From positions 1 through 29,940 of IMG/VR virus record IMGVR_UViG_3300047288_000126: a stretch of 29,940 nucleotides of DNA. One strand, given 5' to 3'. The position numbers were made by a program, and so were the translations under genes. Of the stretch, positions 7,897 to 16,144 are shown in pieces. Numbering within the stretch: position 1 is the first letter of the stretch; each line of letters starts with the position of its first letter. The notes beneath the pieces are model-generated. The model did not search any database. It saw only the letters and a list, made by a program, of their open reading frames with translations, and was not told the origin of the DNA. The stretch comes from a virus (taxonomy: Duplodnaviria; Caudoviricetes).

Positions 7897-7900
7897 AATC

Positions 7901-8131
7901 TTATTTATTTTTAAATTGTTCGTTGTAATATTGTTCTGCTTCATCCCATTCTGATTGTAATGGTTTTTTTACTCTTGCCTCAACAATCTGTTGCTTTTCC
8001 ATTTGTTTTGCGGGGTAAAAAAGATTATGTTTCATTGTTATAAAATCTCTTTCTGAAATTTCTTTTGCTTCATATTTTTCAATTAAAGAATTAATTTCTA
8101 TTTCGTACCATTCTACTGCTGTTTTTTTCAT
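7901..8131 (-). CDS. Hypothetical protein (KTAVEW...EKQQI...AEQYY family)
   Basis: 76-aa ORF with an A-rich leader. Confidence 0.7.
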   Translation of the reverse strand: MKKTAVEWYEIEINSLIEKYEAKEISERDFITMKHNLFYPAKQMEKQQIVEARVKKPLQSEWDEAEQYYNEQFKNK

Positions 8132-8153
8132 AATATTATTTGTTTTTAAATTG

Positions 8154-8723
8154 TTACTTAACTTTTAACAATTCATCTTTGACTACTTTAGTCATTTTGT
8201 ATTTAGATTCTATTGTTGCAATATTACCACCATTTTTTAAATATTCAATAGCTTTATTAAATTCAGGCGTATTTTTATTTAACCATTTTAAATCATCTGT
8301 TGCAGGTTCTTTATCGTGCTTATTAATTGCATCTGAATCTTGTGTATCATCAATTAATAGTAAATTACCTAATGCATACTTCTTTGCGTAACTTGATGCA
8401 GAACCAAATTTTTGTGGCATTTGCATTCCTTTTTGTTCTAAATCAATACCTACTATAGCTGTTGCAGAAATAGAATATACATCATCATTAATTGAAGCTG
8501 TAGAACGTAACATTGGAAATTGTAAAAATTGTGTTTCTTCTATTTGTTCTGTAATTGTAAAATTCACTTGGTACTTTTCGTTAAATGGTTTAAGTGCTTC
8601 TAATATATCTTCTGCACTTCTAAAATTGTATTTTCCAAAGCTGTTAAACTTTGATTTACTTGCTTTAAATTCTTTTTGAATTAAAGATAATTTTTGGTTT
8701 AATGTTAATTCTTTTGTTTCCAT
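8154..8723 (-). CDS. ERF-family single-strand annealing protein
   Basis: K.KFNSFGKYNFRSAEDIL, Q.FGSASSYAKKYALGNL..IDDT.D.D. Confidence 0.9.
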   Translation of the reverse strand: METKELTLNQKLSLIQKEFKASKSKFNSFGKYNFRSAEDILEALKPFNEKYQVNFTITEQIEETQFLQFPMLRSTASINDDVYSISATAIVGIDLEQKGMQMPQKFGSASSYAKKYALGNLLLIDDTQDSDAINKHDKEPATDDLKWLNKNTPEFNKAIEYLKNGGNIATIESKYKMTKVVKDELLKVK

Positions 8724-8724
8724 T

Positions 8725-8946
8725 TTAATTGATTTTATAGTAATTAATTGTTTTATCTTGTTCTATTTTTATTTTATATTTTTCTATTATTTCTAAAGCA
8801 TCCTCAAAATCTTTAAATTTAGCATTACCTGATTCAATTAACCATTCATTTAAATATTTATCAATACTATTCCAATCCCAACCAAAGCCAAATTTAACTT
8901 GTGGTATAAAAAAACCATTTGCTTTTTCTATTATTCTATATTTCAT
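8725..8946 (-). CDS. Hypothetical protein
   Basis: 73-aa ORF, tightly packed. Confidence 0.65.
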   Translation of the reverse strand: MKYRIIEKANGFFIPQVKFGFGWDWNSIDKYLNEWLIESGNAKFKDFEDALEIIEKYKIKIEQDKTINYYKIN

Positions 8947-8947
8947 T

Positions 8948-9127
8948 TTAATTTGTTTTTGAGTTGTAAATTTCTTTTTTAACTATTGTTTTGTATTCAT
9001 CAGGACAATCTAAATCTGCTAATTCAAATATATATGTTTCTAATACTTGAATATGACTTTCTAATTTGCAAATTTGTTCCTGCATTGCTTCTAATCTAAA
9101 TCTGTTGTAGTCTAATAAATCTTTCAT
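8948..9127 (-). CDS. Hypothetical protein (59 aa, not in ORF track)
   Basis: MKDLLDYNRFRLEAMQEQICKLESHIQVLETYIFELADLDCPDEYKTIVKKEIYNSKTN; 1-nt gaps on both sides. Confidence 0.7.
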   Translation of the reverse strand: MKDLLDYNRFRLEAMQEQICKLESHIQVLETYIFELADLDCPDEYKTIVKKEIYNSKTN

Positions 9128-9128
9128 C

Positions 9129-9218
9129 TTAAATAAAGTTTGAAATTAATAATTGCATTGTAAATAAACCTGCCCATAATAAAAGAGCTAACCCAAAATT
9201 TTTTAATGTTTGTTTCAT
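9129..9218 (-). CDS. 29-aa membrane peptide (not in ORF track)
   Basis: MKQTLKNFGLALLLWAGLFTMQLLISNFI; first ORF after the promoter, with an A-rich leader. Confidence 0.6.
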   Translation of the reverse strand: MKQTLKNFGLALLLWAGLFTMQLLISNFI

Positions 9219-9243
9219 AACGTTTGTTTTTGTTTGTTGAGTA

Positions 9244-9305
9244 CAAATATATAACTGTTTTTAAAATAAAAAACTGTAATCTAAAATTTTAACAAAACTT
9301 TAGTA
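9244..9305 (-). promoter_or_regulatory. Bacteroidota-type promoter TATATTTG with upstream TTAACA-N5-TTAGTA
   Basis: Perfect TAnnTTTG at 9244-9251; repeats at 9289-9294 and 9300-9305. Confidence 0.7.
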
Positions 9306-9308
9306 TAT

Positions 9309-9338
9309 AAAAAAACCCTGCACTATTAATACAGGGTC
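9309..9338 (-). terminator. Rho-independent terminator
   Basis: ACCCTGTA...TGCAGGGT stem plus U-tract on the minus strand, after the NinG-like gene. Confidence 0.8.
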
Positions 9339-9365
9339 TTTAGAAACAAAGAAAAACAAGAAACT

Positions 9366-9740
9366 TTACAAAGTGTTTACTTTTTCGGTATAATAATCTA
9401 TTAACTCAATCAAATCTATATCTGCAAATTTAATTATTTGTTTTGATTTAATTTGTAATTCTTCTGATAAGTTATTACCAAGATATTGACTAAATTTATA
9501 TTGTTCACCTGAACGTGATATATTGCATCCATAACATTGAACTCCTACATTACGTTCATCCCATCGTGTTGAATAATGTGAACGTGATTGAAAGTGTCCA
9601 CATTGAAGTTTTTTATAATGGTCTTTTTTACCACAAGTAACACAAGTTGCAATTTCGTTAATAGCATCTTTACGCCTTATATATTGGCTAAAGATTTTAT
9701 CTAACTTTTCTACTAATGATTTTCTTGTTGGTTTTTTCAT
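9366..9740 (-). CDS. NinG/Rap-like HNH endonuclease (probable junction resolvase)
   Basis: FSQYIRRKD, CVTCG, CGHFQSR...TRWDE.NV..QC..CN. Confidence 0.85.
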   Translation of the reverse strand: MKKPTRKSLVEKLDKIFSQYIRRKDAINEIATCVTCGKKDHYKKLQCGHFQSRSHYSTRWDERNVGVQCYGCNISRSGEQYKFSQYLGNNLSEELQIKSKQIIKFADIDLIELIDYYTEKVNTL

Positions 9741-10234
9741 TAAATATTATGAATAATGTTGTATTTAGGTTTTAACAACTTTATGTATTTTTCTTCAAGT
9801 TTTAAAAGTTCACTATCAGAAATTTCATTTGGTAGTTTAGCAATTATAGAAAAGCTGTCAAAGTTTTTAAATTCACCTTTTTTGTGTGTTACTATTCTAC
9901 TTTGTATGTTTATAGTTTTACCAACATAAACTATTTCATCATCTTCAATTAAACAATATATAAACTTGTAAAATAATACTTCTTTTTTGTTATTTAATAA
10001 ATAGCTTTTTAAAGAATCTTTTTTTGTTTTATTAGTCAATTTAATATCTAATTCTACTAATTCTTTTGTATTATTATCTTCATTTGTTTTTTTTAAGAAC
10101 TTTATATTTGTATAACCTCTTTTAGTATTTATCCAATTCTTAAAAGCTAAATATTCTTTATCTGAATAAAATACTTTATTATAAGTTTTACTAACACCAT
10201 AATATTGACATTTAACTATATATTCTAATTTCAT
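9740..10234 (-). CDS. Protein with C-terminal GIY-YIG nuclease domain
   Basis: FIYCL......YVGKT....R...H...E..YI..LKPKYN. Confidence 0.8.
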   Translation of the reverse strand: MKLEYIVKCQYYGVSKTYNKVFYSDKEYLAFKNWINTKRGYTNIKFLKKTNEDNNTKELVELDIKLTNKTKKDSLKSYLLNNKKEVLFYKFIYCLIEDDEIVYVGKTINIQSRIVTHKKGEFKNFDSFSIIAKLPNEISDSELLKLEEKYIKLLKPKYNIIHNI

Positions 10235-10271
10235 ATTTTATATGTATATTATTTTCGTTTTAAATATTACA

Positions 10272-10279
10272 CAAATTTA
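10272..10279 (-). promoter_or_regulatory. Bacteroidota-type -7 promoter element TAAATTTG
   Basis: Matches TAnnTTTG in the gap upstream of the GIY-YIG gene; only a single TTAACA upstream (10322-10327). Confidence 0.55.
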
Positions 10280-10332
10280 TATAAAAAAAAGAACATTGAA
10301 TTTTAAAAAATCAATTATTTATTAACAAGATA

Positions 10333-10467
10333 TTATCTACCTTGACCTCTGTATAGCTTTTTGTAGTTTTTAGAAGATTTTAATTTACTACTTTTATTTT
10401 TACTATGAATATTTGGTCTTGATATATTACTATCTACTTTTACAAGAACAATCGTTTGTTTCGCCAT
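10333..10467 (-). CDS. Small basic protein ending YRGQGR (44 aa, not in ORF track)
   Basis: MAKQTIVLVKVDSNISRPNIHSKNKSSKLKSSKNYKKLYRGQGR. Confidence 0.75.
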   Translation of the reverse strand: MAKQTIVLVKVDSNISRPNIHSKNKSSKLKSSKNYKKLYRGQGR

Positions 10468-10931
10468 ATTAAATATATAATTATAATTCCTAAAATAAAC
10501 CACAAATAAATAAAATAATTAGCTTTTTTATCTATTTGCTTTTCTTTAATGTTTTCTTTAGTTGATGTTTTTATCTTACTATCAGTTTTAACGTGTTTTA
10601 AAGTGTTTTCTGATACTTTTATCTTATTGTTATATAAGTTATTAGTTTTAGTTTTTTTATACGTTAAAATAGCGTTTTTATATGTTTTACCTTCTACAAT
10701 AAATTCTTTTAAACTATCAATAGGTTTAATTACAATTTCATCAGAATAAACAAAAGTGTTTACATTAGTTTCTACAATAGAATCTTTAATTTTATTTTCA
10801 GTTAAATCTATTTTTATTTCAACTAAACTATCTTTTTTTACTTCTTTAGTTTTAATATCTACTTTACGTGATGCACAAGAAAACAAAAATGCACCACATA
10901 TGATATTAAGAAAAATAAACTTTGCTTTCAT
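10440..10931 (-). CDS. Unimolecular-spanin-like lipoprotein
   Basis: Signal peptide with lipobox LFS-C and a C-terminal TM helix (FIYLWFILGIIIIYLIW); follows the endolysin. Confidence 0.7.
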   Translation of the reverse strand: MKAKFIFLNIICGAFLFSCASRKVDIKTKEVKKDSLVEIKIDLTENKIKDSIVETNVNTFVYSDEIVIKPIDSLKEFIVEGKTYKNAILTYKKTKTNNLYNNKIKVSENTLKHVKTDSKIKTSTKENIKEKQIDKKANYFIYLWFILGIIIIYLIWRNKRLFL

Positions 10932-11352
10932 ATAATCTTCTTTTGGTTAAACCTGCAACTTCTTTTTTATTTACTTTATTCCACTTTTTAAATTCTAATT
11001 CAATAGATTTATCATTGTGGTTAATATTTACTTTTTTTAATAATGTAGAACTCACAAAATTACCTGTTCCAATATTATATGCTAAAGAAACTAAAGCATT
11101 AAATTGATTTTGGTTTAATGGACTTGTAACTAATTTATTTACTTTATCAGCAAATTTATCAGCTATACTTTTAAACATTTCAAATGCTTGTACTCTTGTT
11201 ATTTCTTTATCTAACATAGTTACACGTTTACCATCTGAATAGTATGTATTACCGAATCCTATTGTTGGTATTTTAGCAGGGCATAAATAAGGTTTAGCAC
11301 TAAATCCTTCAAATTCTGTTATAAGTAAATAACCACTATTATTTAGCTTCAT
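10906..11352 (-). CDS. Endolysin, GH24 phage lysozyme
   Basis: FEG....PYLCPA..PTIGFG catalytic pattern, NQFNALVS.AYNIG, GLTKRR..E. Likely start MKLNNSG at 11352. Confidence 0.92.
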   Translation of the reverse strand: MKLNNSGYLLITEFEGFSAKPYLCPAKIPTIGFGNTYYSDGKRVTMLDKEITRVQAFEMFKSIADKFADKVNKLVTSPLNQNQFNALVSLAYNIGTGNFVSSTLLKKVNINHNDKSIELEFKKWNKVNKKEVAGLTKRRLYESKVYFS

Positions 11353-11512
11353 CTTTTTTTGTTTTTTCAAATACATACCATCTTCGCAAAGTATATCCTG
11401 ATGCTAAAAAAAATGCAATTATTTTCATAGCAATATCAACATCTGCAAATGATATAGCAAAATAAGTTCCTGTTATTAGTGATAATTTCAAATCTAAAAA
11501 ATATTGCCTCAT
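11339..11512 (-). CDS. Holin-like membrane protein (57 aa, not in ORF track)
   Basis: MRQYFLDLKLSLITGTYFAISFADVDIAMKIIAFFLASGYTLRRWYVFEKTKKDEAK; ATGA-coupled to the upstream gene, charged tail, precedes the endolysin. Confidence 0.65.
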   Translation of the reverse strand: MRQYFLDLKLSLITGTYFAISFADVDIAMKIIAFFLASGYTLRRWYVFEKTKKDEAK

Positions 11513-11691
11513 TTTCTTAATTGTGTAACTATTTCAGTAAAACCCTGAATACCGATATAGGCAGTTGCAATAACTACCCAATCGGAAGATGTTAAAGTTT
11601 GGTTAAACAATCCAATACAAGCAATTAAAAAAACTAATAATTTTCTGCTGATTAATTTATTTAAAATATAATCGAATTGTTGTCTGCTCAT
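11509..11691 (-). CDS. Holin-like membrane protein
   Basis: 60 aa with two hydrophobic segments (SRKLLVFLIACIGLF; WVVIATAYIGIQG). Confidence 0.65.
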   Translation of the reverse strand: MSRQQFDYILNKLISRKLLVFLIACIGLFNQTLTSSDWVVIATAYIGIQGFTEIVTQLRK

Positions 11692-11693
11692 TG

Positions 11694-11888
11694 TTATTTA
11701 ATAGCTTCAATTAATTTTTCAATAGTATCAAATGATTTTCCATCGATAGTTATAGTTGTATCGAATAAAATAATTCCTTTATTTGTAAATACATCTGCTT
11801 GAGTTTCATTCAATATTTGAGGCTCTATTGTTAAAATAAATTCTTCATCTTGAAATAAGTAACCGTTTTTTGTTTTATTTATATTCAT
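11694..11888 (-). CDS. Hypothetical protein (possible fibre accessory)
   Basis: 64-aa ORF directly after the fibre-like gene. Confidence 0.6.
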   Translation of the reverse strand: MNINKTKNGYLFQDEEFILTIEPQILNETQADVFTNKGIILFDTTITIDGKSFDTIEKLIEAIK

Positions 11889-11900
11889 AATTTCTATTTT

Positions 11901-12569
11901 TTAATATCTTTCCACTTTTATTGATCTTGAAGTTGCAAACAAATCTGTTCCTGAAGTGCTACAAGAAACTATTAAATACATTTGTGATGGCAATGTAGTC
12001 CATTGTGGGTAAGTAATATATTGACCTACAGAAGGAGCAATAGTTTCAGGGAATACAGCGTTTGCTGAATTATTATAAAATTTTAACATATATGTATTTG
12101 CATCAACTCCACTACCAATATTATAAGCATAATTATTAGCTAAAAAATATTCTCTTTGTATAATTCCTGATGTACCTGCCCAATTATTTACTAAAATACC
12201 TGTATTATTTATAGGTAAACTATCTAAACAAGCACCAATTAATACAGCTCCTGTTAAACTATTTGTAGTATTTAGATAAATTCTATAATTACCATTAGAT
12301 GCCGCAGGTGGAGTTCCTGTTTTACCAAATTTTATTGTTTCTACAGAAACTTTTAAAAAACTTTCATTTGGTGTATCAATTAATACAGAAGAAGATAATG
12401 TATATGTTGCTGTATTATTTTCTGTGCCTCTCGTTTTATTCAAATAAATATTAGGTTTATTTGTGTATAATTCTGTAAAATTTTGATTTGTTTTATCAAA
12501 AGCATTTCTTAAAGTATCACCTGTACCATCATTTGCAGTTGTACCTATTCCAATTGTTTGTTTTGCCAT
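11901..12569 (-). CDS. Tail fibre / receptor-binding-like protein with T4 gp9/gp10-type N-terminus
   Basis: KQTIGIGTTANDGTGDTLRNAFDKTNQNFTELY anchor motif followed by an S/T/N/G-rich beta region. Confidence 0.65.
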   Translation of the reverse strand: MAKQTIGIGTTANDGTGDTLRNAFDKTNQNFTELYTNKPNIYLNKTRGTENNTATYTLSSSVLIDTPNESFLKVSVETIKFGKTGTPPAASNGNYRIYLNTTNSLTGAVLIGACLDSLPINNTGILVNNWAGTSGIIQREYFLANNYAYNIGSGVDANTYMLKFYNNSANAVFPETIAPSVGQYITYPQWTTLPSQMYLIVSCSTSGTDLFATSRSIKVERY

Positions 12570-12578
12570 TTTTATTTT

Positions 12579-12791
12579 TTATATTAAAGTTTTATCTGAT
12601 GTTATTGTTGTTGAATCTGCTTTATAAGAAATTGAATCAACCGTTAAAGGTGTAGCAGGTTTAATTAATAAAGTTTCACCTGCAGAAGATACTGAATAAC
12701 TTTTCCCCCAACTAATAGAATTATTTGTTGAACCTTGCCCCCAACCTATATTATTGTTTACTCCGTTTCCCCAATTTATATTATTTGCCAT
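12579..12791 (-). CDS. Small structural-region protein with IxWG repeats
   Basis: NNINWG, NNIGWG, NSISWG. Confidence 0.65.
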   Translation of the reverse strand: MANNINWGNGVNNNIGWGQGSTNNSISWGKSYSVSSAGETLLIKPATPLTVDSISYKADSTTITSDKTLI

Positions 12792-12870
12792 TCTTCAATT
12801 TATTTAAAAAGATTTCTAATTTCTTTACATTAGTTTCTTTTGGTTTGTATGTTTCTTTTATAGTACCCAT
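12781..12870 (-). CDS. 29-aa basic peptide (not in ORF track)
   Basis: MGTIKETYKPKETNVKKLEIFLNKLKNGK bridges the gap between two genes. Confidence 0.45.
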   Translation of the reverse strand: MGTIKETYKPKETNVKKLEIFLNKLKNGK

Positions 12871-13358
12871 CCTACAAAATTTGAATCTTTATCAGGATAC
12901 ACATCTGCATTTGAATTTAGATTATATTCAGGAAAAGATACTTGGTTAAAAGTCATATAATCAATAAATCTATTTGTATAACTTTGAGCAGTATCACGTG
13001 CTTTTTCAATTAAATAATCTATTTCAGATTTATCTACTATTGTACTATTTTCAGAACTATGTTTAAATACACCTTTTTCGCTTATTTTAATAGATGCATA
13101 AGGCAAAAACTCAACCATAGTCCAATGTACTACCATCATTTTAATATAATCGCTTAAAAGCGTTGTATATGGTGATGCTAAATTACCTGCTACGATTCCA
13201 TCGTTAATTTTATTATATAGTTTTGTTCCTAAATAGTTTTGTATATGAACCTGCTGTGCTTGAAAAATATATTGTGTGTAACTATCAGGATCAACATTAC
13301 CATTTAAAATAGTATGTTTAATTAAATCATTTGTTGTTATAAATAATGCTTTTGCCAT
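12858..13358 (-). CDS. Probable head-tail adaptor / head completion protein
   Basis: Helical 166-aa protein directly downstream of the portal; call rests mainly on position. Confidence 0.55.
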   Translation of the reverse strand: MAKALFITTNDLIKHTILNGNVDPDSYTQYIFQAQQVHIQNYLGTKLYNKINDGIVAGNLASPYTTLLSDYIKMMVVHWTMVEFLPYASIKISEKGVFKHSSENSTIVDKSEIDYLIEKARDTAQSYTNRFIDYMTFNQVSFPEYNLNSNADVYPDKDSNFVGWVL

Positions 13359-13365
13359 TTTTTAA

Positions 13366-15159
13366 TTATTTTTTATATCCCATTTTATCCCAATACTCTT
13401 GTGTATAACCTTTTGTAGGCATATCAGATGGCTTCATTGAAACTTCTTTTTCATTTCTAATTCTGTATCCGTACTTTTCAGCTTTTGCAATAGATAAAGG
13501 TTCTGCATTTGGATTTGTAGGATCTATTTTTACATCAAAACTTGCATACGTTCTACGCAACCATTTATGATTACATCTAGGTCCGCCTTTATACAACCAA
13601 ATAGAATAGGTATCTGAACCTTTAGGTCCAAAACCTGAATTTACTACTTGTGATTCCATATTTACAATATCTTCTTTTCTGTAAACTTTTCCAGCATTTA
13701 ACATTTTTTTACAAAAAGCACGTTCACCTGTTAAATTACCACTATAAACATATCTAGTAATAAATTGAACACCATCTATAACTTCATCTTGTTCTTTATC
13801 CTTTATGTTTGGTCTTGCTGTACCTGTAGAAGTAACAAATTTCCATATTTTAGATAATGTACTTTTTTTATTTTTATTATTTAAAGTGTTGATTTCAGCA
13901 TCTAATTCTTCTTCTGTTTCATAATCTACTTCTGTTTCATCAATTAAATGCCAATCATTACTTAATTCTTCACCTTTTTCAATTAATGAATCTGCAATAT
14001 TTTCACTAGCTAAATTATGCGAACACATTTTAACTCCAGTTTCTTCTTCCATTGTTTCTGCATTAGCATTTGAAACATCAACAAATTCTAAAGGCTGTAT
14101 TGTTTTAAAATATAATTTTAATGAAATACTATTAATTGCTAAAATTTCATCAATAGCATCTATTAATTCTAATTGATATGGTTTAATAACTATATTATCA
14201 AATAATAAAGTTGCAGTTTTAATTTCATCTGCATTATTACCAAGTCCACCATCACCTGTTCTAATTCCTAATAACATTGGTGAAGTAACTCTATGCCCTA
14301 CAATTAATTTATCAAAACATTCTTTAGATAAATATTCATAGTGAGCAGGTGCATCATTTAAAGGTAGATCTTCAACCGTAGTTTTAGATTCTGCATTTTG
14401 ATTAAAAGCAATTATAACTTTTTCACCTCTTGAACCTGTCAATTTGTTCATCACATCACGCTTCATTTTATCACGCATTTCTTCTGAAGGTACACCATTA
14501 TTAAAATTAATAACTTTAGTACCACTAAATCCGTTTTGAACATCGTTAATCTGATAATCAGCAATATTTTCTTCTAATAAAGCATAAGGTAAAGAACCTG
14601 AATAATCTATAGGACTATAATAGTCAAATCCTGATACATATGGTTTTATAACATAAATTTCTACTTCATTTCCATTACCAAAACCAAATGCAGGTATTCG
14701 TTTTGCTTCTTCACTTGGTTTCTTTTTTGTCCAATCGTGATGATAATACCAAGCTTCAATTTGTCCTTTATCATTACATTTTTCAGCACGTAAAGTTTGC
14801 ATAGGAAAGTGTAGAACTTGTTTAACTAAATTCTTTTGTTTTACTACTTGCATAGAAGCCATACCTAATAGTTTGCGTTCTAATGCTATTTTACGTAAAT
14901 CTGAATCTTTAATAATAGATTTCATTTGTGCATATTCATTTGGCTTTTTGTTAGAATCTAAAGCATCTAAACCTTTTCCATAAATCATATTTGCAATACC
15001 TGTAATAATTGCACCATTTGTAGCAGAATATAAATATCTGTCAATTAAATATTGAAAGTAATTATTATCACTTCCATATTCAATATAACTATTCTTTTTA
15101 TTTTCTTGAATTACAGGGCTTGTATAAGCACTTAAATTTACTATTGATATATTACTCAT
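13366..15159 (-). CDS. Portal protein with C-terminal Cys/His extension
   Basis: Portal-like core (YG.DNNY, NGFS, GS.G, IVGHRVTSPMLLGI) of about 370 aa, an acidic linker, then R.FC..M...KGGPRCNHKW. Confidence 0.8.
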   Translation of the reverse strand: MSNISIVNLSAYTSPVIQENKKNSYIEYGSDNNYFQYLIDRYLYSATNGAIITGIANMIYGKGLDALDSNKKPNEYAQMKSIIKDSDLRKIALERKLLGMASMQVVKQKNLVKQVLHFPMQTLRAEKCNDKGQIEAWYYHHDWTKKKPSEEAKRIPAFGFGNGNEVEIYVIKPYVSGFDYYSPIDYSGSLPYALLEENIADYQINDVQNGFSGTKVINFNNGVPSEEMRDKMKRDVMNKLTGSRGEKVIIAFNQNAESKTTVEDLPLNDAPAHYEYLSKECFDKLIVGHRVTSPMLLGIRTGDGGLGNNADEIKTATLLFDNIVIKPYQLELIDAIDEILAINSISLKLYFKTIQPLEFVDVSNANAETMEEETGVKMCSHNLASENIADSLIEKGEELSNDWHLIDETEVDYETEEELDAEINTLNNKNKKSTLSKIWKFVTSTGTARPNIKDKEQDEVIDGVQFITRYVYSGNLTGERAFCKKMLNAGKVYRKEDIVNMESQVVNSGFGPKGSDTYSIWLYKGGPRCNHKWLRRTYASFDVKIDPTNPNAEPLSIAKAEKYGYRIRNEKEVSMKPSDMPTKGYTQEYWDKMGYKK

Positions 15160-15481
15160 AAATTTTAAATTCGTTGTTTGTAACGTTTGAAACGTATTGA
15201 TTTTGATTTATAGTAAATGTGTTATTTGTTTGATTAGTACAAAAAACTTTATCTTTATAAACTATAACATCATTGTTTTTAATAGTTAAATTATAAAACG
15301 TGTTTTGCTTTAAATTAAAAATAGTTGTTGTAGTTAAATAATAACTAGATAAAACAAATGTAGCTGTTATTGAAGTTTCTTCATTTGTAGTTTCATTTCT
15401 TAAAACAATAGTTGTAGCATTATATTCACGTGGAATAAAAGCTATACTTTGTGCAGTAGATTGTTCTTTTAAAATTATCAT
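15152..15481 (-). CDS. Hypothetical structural protein
   Basis: Thr/Asn-rich beta protein; first gene after a late-type motif. Confidence 0.7.
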   Translation of the reverse strand: MIILKEQSTAQSIAFIPREYNATTIVLRNETTNEETSITATFVLSSYYLTTTTIFNLKQNTFYNLTIKNNDVIVYKDKVFCTNQTNNTFTINQNQYVSNVTNNEFKIYE

Positions 15482-15493
15482 AAACTATTTTTA

Positions 15494-15522
15494 TATATTA
15501 ATAATTTAAATACAAAATTGTT
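15494..15522 (-). promoter_or_regulatory. Candidate late promoter ACAAT-N14-ATTAATATA
   Basis: Same motif and spacing at 18154-18181 and 26032-26059. Confidence 0.65.
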
Positions 15523-15529
15523 TTAAAAC

Positions 15530-15559
15530 AAAAAAGGATGCTAAATAAATAGCACCCTC
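15530..15559 (-). terminator. Rho-independent terminator after the tail tube gene
   Basis: AGGGTGCTA-loop-TAGCATCCT plus U-tract. Confidence 0.8.
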
Positions 15560-15583
15560 TTTTAAAAAAAACAAATAATAATA

Positions 15584-16120
15584 TTATGCTCCTTCAACAA
15601 TAGAAGCTAATATTGAAGTTACTAAAGGTCCTGTAATGAAATTAGCAGGTACAGGTTCCATCCCTTGGAATTCCATTTTGTATCCTGACATATCTCCCAT
15701 TGCCGCACCACTTGAAATAGTTGCAGTTACTAAATCCATACCTTTTGTTAAACCAGCCATAAAGAAGTTTCCATTGTTATCTTCTATAATTACTTGAGGT
15801 CTACCATAAGCCAATAATTTAAGTTGTTTGTGGTCTGCAATAGATAATTTTTTTAAACTTAAACTTAATTTTTGATCTACAAATGTAGTTCCATTTTCTC
15901 TAGATGAAGTAACGGTTTGTTCAAATGTTGAACTTCCTTTTAATTCATATTTGTAACCTACAGCAGAACCACCTAATGCAGTAATTACATCTTCTTGTCC
16001 TGAAGTTGCAGAATAAGTTACCGTAGTAGCATCACCCCAATTAATGAAATATGCGGCTTTCAATCCGCCTACAGAATCTTTACATTTTTCTGCCCTTCCT
16101 AATGAAATATCACAAGCCAT
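15584..16120 (-). CDS. Probable major tail (tube) protein
   Basis: MACDISLGR..CKDSVGG, ENGTTFV.Q.L, D.NGN...G; 178 aa, follows the capsid gene and is flanked by terminators. Confidence 0.65.
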   Translation of the reverse strand: MACDISLGRAEKCKDSVGGLKAAYFINWGDATTVTYSATSGQEDVITALGGSAVGYKYELKGSSTFEQTVTSSRENGTTFVDQKLSLSLKKLSIADHKQLKLLAYGRPQVIIEDNNGNFFMAGLTKGMDLVTATISSGAAMGDMSGYKMEFQGMEPVPANFITGPLVTSILASIVEGA

Positions 16121-16144
16121 TTTTTATATATTTTAAAAGTTAAT

